Assembly (NCBI GenBank): GCA_963823035.1
Contig: CAWGKG010000018.1
Span: forward strand, 512,001-576,000
Reading direction: 5' to 3'
Source of the DNA: an uncultured Gemmatimonadales bacterium
Lineage (GTDB): Bacteria > Gemmatimonadota > Gemmatimonadetes > Longimicrobiales > Gaopeijiaceae
DNA length: 64,000 nucleotides
Shown here: in pieces, positions 54,933 through 64,000 of the stretch
Layout: each line of letters begins with the position of its first letter
How positions within the stretch are numbered: the stretch's first letter is position 1
Position numbers and translations under genes: made by a program
Notes under the pieces: generated by a model
What the model saw: only the letters and a program-made list of their open reading frames with translations
Told to the model about the DNA's origin: nothing
The model's database searches: none

Positions 54933-57900
54933 TCAACGGAGCGGCGCGACCGGCAGGACCCCGGCCGAGAACTGGAGCTGGCCGAAGATCCCGACCTGGA
55001 ACTGCGTGGAGCCTGTCTCCTGCCCCACGAACGACTGGCGGTCGTCGTAGCTCATCTGCAACCCGACCTCGAGGCCGTTGACGCTGGTGTCGAGCAACAG
55101 GCTCAGGCTCCGCCGGATCTGGTCGAGGAAGGGGACGCAACGATCCTTGGTGACCGTGGTGCGGCAGTCGCGCTCGGCGGTGTAGCCGGCCAACAAGGAC
55201 AGGCGGATGGGTCGGTCGAGCCGTGCGCTCCAGGGACCGGGCGGCAGGATCTGCGAGCTCACGGACAATCGGTGGCTGTGGTCGGTGCGGTCGGTGTCGC
55301 CCGTGGGGTCGCGCGCCGTCCCGTCCCTGAAGGCCCCCCTGTAGGAGGTGACCAGCGAGCCGATCCACGTGATCGAGATGTCCACGGGAACCTGGATGTC
55401 GCGCTGCGTGCGGGTTTGCAGGCCGCGGCCGCCGTAGATGATGCGCCGGTCGTTGCGCGTGTAGCCGGACGAGAGGCTGATCCGCTGGATGCCGGTGAAG
55501 CTGGGCAGGCGGATGGGTGGCAGCGTGGTGCGCACGTCCGGCCATCGCTTCTGGTCGATGCGCCGATCGCTGCGCGTATCCAGCGTGGTCGCCTCGGAGC
55601 GCTGGTAGCCGACGTCCAGCGCCGTGCCGCCGGGGAGACGGAGGCCGGAGGAGAGCGTCCACGACGCGCGATCGGTGAGCGTGGCTGCCGTGTCCCCGTC
55701 GAGGAAGCGAAAGTCGTCCGTGCTTCCGAGCCCGAGCTGATAGCCGAAGCCGGGCACCACGGGGTCGCGGTGGAAGCGTGAGACGAGCCCATCCTGGTAG
55801 GTCGCGGAGAAGGGGCGGACGGCGGCCAGCATCCCGCGCAACTGCGTGGTGCCCGGATCCTCCCCCCGCACCGCCGCCCCGAGGAGGCTCTCCGCGAGGA
55901 GCCCCGGATCGAGGGAGAAGAGCGCGGTCCAGTCCCGCTGCGCCTGAGCGTTGCGGGTGAGCGCGAACACGGTGTCGGAGGCGAGCTCGTGCCGGAGCAC
56001 GTAGTTCGCGTTCCGATCGGAGCCGTACAGCGTGGTCCACGTCAGGTCGTTGCGCAGCCATCGGAAGAAGCGGGGGCGGAACCCGAGGCGGGTGCGCAGC
56101 GTCCGGTTCGTCTCCCACCCGACGTCGATGCCGGTGAGCCGAGCGCGCTCCGCGCGGATGAGGTCCTGGATCCGCGGATCGGTCACGGCCTCCTCGGAGG
56201 GGAGGAGGTCGCGCGTGGACAGGAAGGTGAGCCCGGCGTCGAGCGCTTCGAGCGGGCGGAAGCGGAGGTCCGCGGCCGTCTCCAGCGTCTCGCGCGGCGC
56301 GAGCGTGGCCGTGGCGAGGGAGTCGTCGGGAAGCTGGATGATCTGCTCGTAGCGGGTGATGCGGCTGTCCTGGCGGAGGAACGACGTTCCGAGCGAGACG
56401 CGCTCGGGCGTCCACCGGAAGCGAGCGTCCACGACCGGGTCCTCGAGGAATCCGGGAAGGATCGCGCGCAGGGCCCCCTCGGCGAAGCCGGGCACGAGCG
56501 CGAAGTCCCGCCGCTCCGGCTGGCGCGTCCACCCGAGGCCGGCGGTGAGGGCGTCCACCTCGCTCTCGGTGGTGACCGTGGAGCCGCGGCTCGTGGTGTA
56601 CGCCGCGCGCGCGTCGAGCCCGTCCACCACCAGGCCCACCCACGGGTTGGCCGTGCGCGTGCTCTTGCGGAAGGCCACGCCGACCCGACTGCGGCGGGAC
56701 CGCGTGGGACGCAGGTTGCGGATGTTGTCGGCGCGCACGTCCGAGTTGGACAGGAACGTCGGGTCCTGGCTGGTGTGGTCGAGGCTGTAGGTGAGGGGCA
56801 CCTCGATGCCCCACGACACGGGTGCCCACCGGTCGAGGCGCAGCGTGGACGTCAGCGAGAGGGAGCGGTCCGTCTGGTAGGTCGGCTCGTCGCGGAGCTG
56901 CTGGAAGAGCGCTCCCCGGTTCGTGTACGTCAGCCGCGCGGAGAGCACGCCCGCACCGTCGAGCACGGCCTCCATCGACGTCGCCACGCCCGCGTCGCGC
57001 ACCGGACGGCCGAGGCGCAGCTCGTCGATCCAGATCTCGCCGGAGAGGGATGTCTCGCCCTCGTTGAGCACGCCCATCGACAGCTCGCGCACGTGCGCGA
57101 GGTCGGGGGCGCGCCCCCGGTCCTTGAGCACCACCGCGTAGGAGGAATCGGCGGACCAGACCGCCAAGGGCGGGTCGCCCGGTCCCGGCGGCTCGAGCAC
57201 GAGCTGCTCCTCCGCGCGCTGGCGCAGGTCGAACCACTCGGGGAAGTCGACCACCACCTCCGGCTGCCAATCGCTCCCGTCCAGGGCCAGGCCCCCCGGG
57301 CTCGTCGGGGGTCCGAGGCGCGTCCGGTACAGGTAGAAGTTCTCCCCGTCGGTGCCGACCTTCACGAAGAAGTAGGTGGGTCGCTCGGGGCCGAAGTCCC
57401 CCGAGCGCGGCACCACCCACACGCGCAGCTGGCGGTAGGTGAGGAAGTTGCGCGGCCGCTGCGGAAAGCGCTGGTAGACCTCGGCGCGCGTGCCGGGGTC
57501 CACGCTCTCGAAGGTGAGGCCGAGCGACTTCTCGTTGATCTCGATCCCCTGCCCCGCGAACCCGGTGGTGGGGTCGACGAGCTCCTCCACCACGTGGGGG
57601 GGCGACACGTAGGCGCCGCCTTCCGTCACCTTGGACACGGTGCCCACCTCCAGGCGGCCGATCCCGGAGAGCGTGTCCCCGCCCACGCCGCGCAGGAGAC
57701 CTTCCCCGGCGCGCTTGATCCAACGCGACCCCACGAGGCGCATACGTGCGATCTGCAGACGCTCCGTCCGCTCCCCGGCCACCGTGACGCGCATGTGCTT
57801 CACGGCACGCAGGTCGGCGTCCGTGATCGTGCCACCCACCTCGACGGCGTCGGGGCCGCGGATGGGGATGCGGTAGAGCTGGAACTCCGTCCCGGTCTGC

Positions 57901-60900
57901 GCACGCGTCCGGGCGAGGAAGGGGGAGGAGCCGTTCAGGCGCACCACGTAGCGGAGGTGGCGCTCGTTGGTGTCCAGGTTCCCGTCCCCGTCGAGGTCCT
58001 CCGAGTCGCGTCGCCCGTTGCCTGCCGTGCAGATCGCGCGCGTATCACCCGGGCGATAGATGCGGCCGGGCTCGGCCAGGCACCCCTCCGGCCATACCCC
58101 CTCCTTGTCGGCGGTGCTGTTCCAGATCTCGCCGCGCGCCGGGTCCGCCTCCTGGTCGAGGATCGTCAGCCCCCACGGCTCGCCGGTGTCCTGCCGCGTG
58201 CCGAGGGTGTTGCCCAGCGGATCGATGAAGAAGGCGTCCTCGCTCACCGAGCCGAGATCCACCACCAGGGTGAGCGATGGCCCCTGCGCCACGTAGAACT
58301 CGAGGAAGTCCGTCTTGGTCAGGTCCAGCCCGGTGGTCGACAGCGCGGTCGTGAAGGAGCGCCATGCCGGCCGGTTGAGCGGCCCTCTGCCGAAGGACAC
58401 GAGGAGCCCGGCCTCGCGGGCGGCGGAGCCCGCCACGCTGATCGCCGTGTCGATCTGCTGCGGGAAGTACCCCTCGTGCACGCCGACCGAGTCGCCGAGG
58501 GGCGTCTCCACCACCCAGTTGTGCTGCCAGACGAGCGGCGCCGCGGTCGTCGCGTCCAGCACGGGGGGCAGCACCTCCGCCGCCGCGTCCAGGGAGGTGG
58601 GCGCGCTCCCGAGCTGCCAGTCGGCGGACAGGAGGGAGACGGGCACCTCCGCCGCGGCGTCGAAGTCGTCGACGAAGGCGTTGCCCCGCGTGTTCGGGTT
58701 CGGGAGCGAGACGGCCAGCTCTCCGTTCACCGAAAGGGACGTGGTGCCGTCCAGACGCAGCCCCGGGAGGCGATCCAGGAGCCGGTCCATCCAGTGGATC
58801 GGCGTCGAGACGTTGCCGCCGAGCCCCCCCATGAGCGCCGCCCCCGGCTCGGTGCCGAGCTGCGGCCGCCGAACCACCGTGCGCTCCGACCGGTAGAGCG
58901 TGAGGAAGTCGATACCGCCCGCCGAGCCGAGCGCCGCGTGGGTCCGCAGCCCGAACACCTGCGTGGGCGATACCTGGAAGAGGGAGCGCTGCTCCCAGGT
59001 GGCCCGCACCGCCGCGTCCGGGTTGGTGGTGAAGAGCTGCTCGGGCTCGAGGAGCGTCACCTGGCCGAGGTCGTAGTCGATCTGGTAGTCCACGTCCCGC
59101 GCCAGGAGGCGATCGCCGAGCCAGATGCGCTCGCTGCCGTCGCGGATGCCGAGCGCACCGAGGGAGAAGGAGGAGATCACCCCCTCGCTCCGGATCCGGT
59201 ACGACATCGTCAACCGGAAGAGGCCCGCGGCATCGCGCTCGTAGGGATCCTCCTCCTCGTAGATCCGCCGGTTGGCGTCGGCGCCCAGGACGTCCGGCCG
59301 TCTCCGAGGCCGTGAGCCCGAGGGAGGGCAGCGGCGGAGGCTCCGCGAAGGGGCGCAGCGTCGGGAAGATGACGTAGGTCCCCTGCACCGGCGGCTGGTC
59401 GAGGAAGGAGTCGGCGCCGGGCGAGAAGACGAAGGCGAGATCGAGCACCTCCAGCGGCGACTCCTCGTCGAGCCCGAAGAGGCGCAGGAAGGTCAGGTCG
59501 TCCCCGGACGGGCCCCGCTTGAACGTCCTGCCCGCGGACAGCTCACCGAGGGAGACCGTGAGGTCCACGGAGCCCGGCTCCACATCGTTCGAGCCGGATA
59601 CCCGATAGACCTCGTGCATCTCCTGGTCCCACGTGGGCCGGCCCGGCTGGTGGTTCGCGCCCGAGGCCTTCAGGAGCTTGAGGGTCGGCCGTACCCCCAC
59701 GTTGTGCAGCCGCTCGGGGTTGTAGTCCCCGACCGTGTCGCCGGTCGCCGTGATGTAGGTGACGGCCAGCATCTCCTCGTTGCGCAGCGGCGTGCGCAGC
59801 GCGATCCACAGGCCCGACGGGTGGACGTAGTAGTCGACGCCGGGCTGCAGGTAGCGGAACCACCCGGACTCCTTCACGGTGGCCCCGTCGGGCCCCACGG
59901 CCTCGGCATCGGCCTGGATGAAGCCCTCCACCTGCTGGCGCAGGACGGGGTCGTCCTCGAAGCGGTAGAGCTGGATCGGGTCCGGGCCGGGCGCCACGTC
60001 GGGCGGCGCGGAGGCGGGGTCGAGGGCGAGCGCGTCGACGTGCGGATAGCGGTCGATCGTCCTCGGATCGACCAGGAAGAAGAACTGGCCGCGCGCGTAG
60101 TCCGCGTCGTCCACCACCAGCGTGTCCTCCTGCACGAAGGCGCGCTGGTCGCCGAAGCCGGTGAGGTGGAACTCCCTCGAGTTGAGGTCTCCGCGCTGTT
60201 GCGCCCACACCGTCTGGAAATCGAGGGGGCCGAGCTGCCCTTCGGCCTGGAAGCCGAAGTTGCCGGCCGGGATGCCCTCGGTCAGGAATCGCGAGCTCGG
60301 GAGGTTGAACGTGACGTCTCCGACCTCGAGGCGCCGAAGGATGTCGTCCTCCGCGCCCTGGTAGAAGATGTTGATCCGGTTGGCGGCGTCGAACTCCCGG
60401 GCCTGGTCGAAGTCCACGTCCACCTGGACGCGATCGAGGAGGGTGCCGGCCACCTGGACCCCGAACTGGACCTCCGGGCTGAGCTGCGGGATGAGCGTGG
60501 GGTTGCAGCTCGTCTTGAGCTGGAGGTCGCAGGGCTCGTAGCGGGACCAGTCGCCCCCGAGCTCCATGCGGCTGCGCACCTGGAGGGCCAGGTCGGCGAA
60601 GTCGGTGACGAAGCGCGGCAGCTCGCCCTCCGCGGGCGCGGCGGCCGCGATCCGTGTGGGCGGCGCTTCGGGCGTCGGGAGGAAGAACGTCGTGTCCGAC
60701 GGGGGGGTGCCCCACTCCCGGATGCGCGTGCGCAGCAGCTCCGCCGTGCGCACGTCGGGATCCAGGAGCCGCTCCAGCATCTCGGTCCACCGCCTCCCCA
60801 CGGGCTCACCCGGCAGGAGGGGCGGGCGGACCAGGCGCAGGCTGCCGCCCGCGTCCACGGGGATGCGGCGCAGGCCGAGCCGGACGTGCGGCTGCGTGGA

Positions 60901-61078
60901 GTCCGCGGTGAGCCCACTGCGCACCGACGCGGGAGGACGCTCGAGATCGGGACGCAGGATGGTGTCGCGCTACGGCCGTCCGCACGGAGGGCGCGTCGGC
61001 CGGGGGCTCGGCGCGGCGGGGGTCCTCTCCCCGGGGGGTGCCCACGAACAGGGCCAGGAGAAGGAGGCGGATCAGCAC
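54933..61078 (-). CDS. sprA: SprA/Sov-like large outer-membrane barrel (type IX secretion translocon homologue), ~2050 aa, frameshifts near 59295 and 60960
   Basis: Joins ORFs 60806..61078, 58045..60924 and 54933..59213. SprA-like motifs YQGAEDDILRRLEVGDV, DYQIDYDLGQV, AFVDDFD, EDLDGDGNLD, IWIDELRL; long beta-strand-rich C-terminus. Confidence 0.8.
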
Positions 61079-61236
61079 GAAATCGTTGTCAGCACACGAA
61101 CCGTAGGGGGCGCGCGGGTGTACGCAACCATCGTCGCCCTCGAAGCGCGGAGGTGATCCGCCTTGAGGCGACGTGCCCGACGAGACTAGCTTGGCGCGCC
61201 GTCCGGCCTGTCGACGCCGATTCGAGGAACGCCGCG

Positions 61237-62709
61237 ATGCGGATGGGAGTGCTCACTAGATACCTGGTCCGGGCCCACCTGGGCCCCTTCCTCTTCAGCC
61301 TCACGGCCATCACCGGGCTCATCTTCCTGAACGCGGTGGCACAGCGGATCGAGGGGCTGTTGGGCAAGGGGCTGCCGTGGACGGTGATCTTGGATTTCCT
61401 GGTCCTCTCCCTACCTCATACGGTCGCGCTGTCCCTCCCGATGGCGGTCCTGGTGGCGGTCCTCTACGCATTCAGCGAGCTGACCGAGAACAACGAGATC
61501 ATGGCGATGGCCGCGGGCGGCGTCCGCCCCACGCGGGTCCTGGTGCCCCTGCTCGCGATGGGGGCCGTGGCGACCGCCACGATGCTCTTCTTCAACGACT
61601 CCGTCCTGCCGGAGGCCAACCACCGGCTAAAGAACCTACTCGTGGACATCGGTCGCAAGAGCCCGACGTTCAAGCTCCGCGAGCGGGTGGTGAACGAGAT
61701 CGACGTCGAGGAGGGGCGCGATACGTACTTCCTCATCGCGACGCGCATCGACCCGTCGTCCAACACCCTCGAGGACGTCACCATCTTCGATCGGAACGAT
61801 CGAGCGCGCCAACGTACGACATACGCCAAGCGGGGCGTGATGGCGTTCAACGACGCGCGCACGGATCTCTACCTCACGCTCTACGACGGGGAGGTGCGGG
61901 AGCTACAGAACGACCGGAACGGAGCCTTCCAGCACCTCTACTTCGCGAAGCAGATCGTGCCGCTGCGCGGCGTCGGCGACGAGCTCGACCGGCGGATGGG
62001 CGGCACGGAGCGCGGCGACCGGGAGATGGACTTCGCCCTCCTCCGCGAGAACGCCGCCGAGCGCGACGCCGAGCAGTCGGCCGTGCGCGACCAGTCCCGT
62101 GAGAAGTCGCTGGAGGCGGTGCGCATCGCGCTCGGGCTCCCCATCGACGTCGAGGCGGACACGTCGCGCTCCGCGCTGGCCGACGGCGGCGTCGCACCCT
62201 CGGCCGGACGGGCGCCCCGTACGACCACCGGCTCCATCCTCTCCCGCGATGCCTCCACCCAGAGCGTGGTGACGACGACCCGGACCTACGCCGCCCGCGC
62301 CACGTCGCTGGAGGAGGCGGCCGACCGCTACCGGGTGGAGCTGCACAAGAAGTGGGCGATCGCCTTCGCCTGCCTCGTGTTCACCCTCCTCGGGCCGCCG
62401 CTGGCGCTGCGCTTCCCACGCGGCGGCGTCGGCATGGTGGTGGCGGCGTCCACGGGGATCTTCGCCATCTACTGGGTGGGGCTGATCGCCGGCGAGAGCC
62501 TGGCGGACAGGGGGGTGGCGGACCCGATCATCACGATGTGGATCCCCGACATCGTCTTCGCGGCGATCGGCCTCGCGCTCGTGAGCCGCATGGGGCGGGC
62601 GGGCTCGACCGTTCGCGGTGGCGGGTGGGGCGACGTCTGGCTCCGCCTTCGAGACCGGCTGCGGCCCGCACGGCGGTCGCACGCACGCGTCGAGAGCGCG
62701 ACCGCATGA
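61237..62709 (+). CDS. lptF: LPS export ABC permease LptF
   Basis: LTRYL..HLGPF, LPMAVLVAVL, NEIMAM, VLPEAN, ELHKKWAIAFACL, MWIPD. Confidence 0.88.
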   Translation: MRMGVLTRYLVRAHLGPFLFSLTAITGLIFLNAVAQRIEGLLGKGLPWTVILDFLVLSLPHTVALSLPMAVLVAVLYAFSELTENNEIMAMAAGGVRPTRVLVPLLAMGAVATATMLFFNDSVLPEANHRLKNLLVDIGRKSPTFKLRERVVNEIDVEEGRDTYFLIATRIDPSSNTLEDVTIFDRNDRARQRTTYAKRGVMAFNDARTDLYLTLYDGEVRELQNDRNGAFQHLYFAKQIVPLRGVGDELDRRMGGTERGDREMDFALLRENAAERDAEQSAVRDQSREKSLEAVRIALGLPIDVEADTSRSALADGGVAPSAGRAPRTTTGSILSRDASTQSVVTTTRTYAARATSLEEAADRYRVELHKKWAIAFACLVFTLLGPPLALRFPRGGVGMVVAASTGIFAIYWVGLIAGESLADRGVADPIITMWIPDIVFAAIGLALVSRMGRAGSTVRGGGWGDVWLRLRDRLRPARRSHARVESATA

Positions 62710-63776
62710 TCAGGATCCTCGACCGGCTCGTCGCGCGCACCTTCCTCAAGCTGTTCCTGGTCTTCCTCCTGGCGTCACCCTCGCTCTTCGTGGTGGGCGA
62801 CATCACCGAGAACCTCGACACGTACCTCGACCGCGGGCTGTCCGGCGCCGAGGTCGCGAAGGCCTACCTCTTCCAGCTCCCGCTCTACATCCAGTGGTCG
62901 TTCCCCATCGCCGCCCTGGTGGCCGCGGTGTTCACGATCCACTCGATGACCACGCACCGCGAGATCGTCGCCGCCAAGGCCGGCGGGATCTCCTTCCACC
63001 GCCTGGCCGGGCCCATCCTCGTGATGGGACTGCTGCTCACCGGGGTGGCGCTCGTGCTCGCCGAGGTGGTGCCGCGCACCAACCGCATCGCCGCCGGGAT
63101 CCTGAAGAACGAAGACCCGCGCCGCTCCTGGCGGACGGACTTCGTGTACGAGTCCGACAACGGCTACACCTGGCAGGTGAGCCGGCTGACGTCCGCGGAC
63201 GGACGCATGAACGACGTGATCCTCGAGCGCCCGCCCACCGCAAAGGGCGGCGGGCTGCACATGGTGGCGCAGGACGCGTCCTACGACTCCATCCACGGGT
63301 GGACGTTCGAGAACGGCTACGTCCGCCGCCTGCTCCCGGACAGCACCGAGCGGGCCTTCGAGTTCGACCGGCTCCGCATCGCGGGCGTCGACGAGCGTCC
63401 GGAGGAGCTGCTGGAGGTCCCGCGCGAGCCGGACGAGATGACGTACAGCGAGATCGACCGGATGGCGCGCGTGATCGAGCGCACCGGCGGCAACGCCCGC
63501 CGGTTCCTCGTGGAGCGGGAACAGAAGTTGGCGATCCCCGTGGCCACGCTGGTCGTGATCCTCTTCGGCGTACCTCTCGCCACGAGCAACCGACGGGGAG
63601 GAACCGCCTACGGGATCGGCGTCGCGCTGGGCACCACGATCCTGTACATGCTGCTGCTGAAGATCTCGAGCGCTCTCGGCAAGGCGGGCGTCCTGGAGCC
63701 CTTCCCCGCCGCCTGGCTTCCGAACATGGTCTTCTTCGCCGCCGCGCTCATTCTGCTGAGACGCGTACGCACGTAG
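62706..63776 (+). CDS. lptG: LPS export ABC permease LptG
   Basis: MIRILDR, EIVAAKAGGIS, PDEMTY.E, AAWLPN. ATGA overlap with lptF. Confidence 0.88.
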   Translation: MIRILDRLVARTFLKLFLVFLLASPSLFVVGDITENLDTYLDRGLSGAEVAKAYLFQLPLYIQWSFPIAALVAAVFTIHSMTTHREIVAAKAGGISFHRLAGPILVMGLLLTGVALVLAEVVPRTNRIAAGILKNEDPRRSWRTDFVYESDNGYTWQVSRLTSADGRMNDVILERPPTAKGGGLHMVAQDASYDSIHGWTFENGYVRRLLPDSTERAFEFDRLRIAGVDERPEELLEVPREPDEMTYSEIDRMARVIERTGGNARRFLVEREQKLAIPVATLVVILFGVPLATSNRRGGTAYGIGVALGTTILYMLLLKISSALGKAGVLEPFPAAWLPNMVFFAAALILLRRVRT

Positions 63777-63815
63777 ACGGCGCATAAGCCGCGCGCGGTA
63801 CGCCCCGTTCGGAGA

Positions 63816-64000
63816 TCAGCCCAGCGACGCGAGGAAGGCCTCGGTGAGCCGTCCCTCGCATACCTCCTCCACCGGCCCCCTCAGGACCACGTCCAGCTGC
63901 GCGGACACGGCCACCTGGAGCACGCCTCCCTCCATCTGGACGGCGATCGTGCCGGGCGCGACGAGACCCCGCACGCACGCCGCGACCGCCACCGCGCACG
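63816..64000 (-). CDS. dapF: 3' end of diaminopimelate epimerase (partial)
   Basis: Hand translation: CAVAVAACVRGLVAPGTIAVQMEGGVLQVAVSAQLDVVLRGPVEEVCEGRLTEAFLASLG*, which matches the DapF C-terminus. Confidence 0.75.
   Translation of the reverse strand, partial: CAVAVAACVRGLVAPGTIAVQMEGGVLQVAVSAQLDVVLRGPVEEVCEGRLTEAFLASLG

Overview
High-GC (~70%) bacterial window. Gene content (SprA homologue, PadR/duplicated-permease pair, carboxypeptidase-like TonB receptor, DUF5715-LysM, pilin style) suggests Gemmatimonadota; this is an inference. About 16 frameshifts fall in about 12 otherwise intact genes, including ahcY and pilB, which looks like long-read assembly error. Layout: (i) 1-15.6 kb is a type IV pilin locus with two pilins, two sigma54 two-component systems, a HisKA-only protein, a GT2 enzyme and three or four GT-C-type membrane proteins including a TMTC-like TPR protein. 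(ii) 15.7-32.2 kb is housekeeping (sodA, dinB, symporter, desaturase, ada/ogt, sahR-ahcY, TonB receptor). (iii) 33-49.6 kb is an accessory region with a tandem SLATT protein, a membrane TIR protein, a lysin-like protein and a degenerate FolE2. It also holds the top candidate for a new system: a compact cluster at 38.5-45.9 kb of O-methyltransferase, Gfo/Idh/MocA oxidoreductase, class III aminotransferase, atypical guanylate kinase and an NDP-kinase/nucleotidyltransferase/HEPN-like fusion, which plausibly makes a modified (amino-)nucleotide triphosphate. (iv) 49.9-64 kb carries sprA-comEA-pilB-pilT-pilC, divergent lptFG and the 3' end of dapF. No rRNA, tRNA, CRISPR array, integrase or transposase was seen. 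All family calls come from motif recognition by eye, not database searches.
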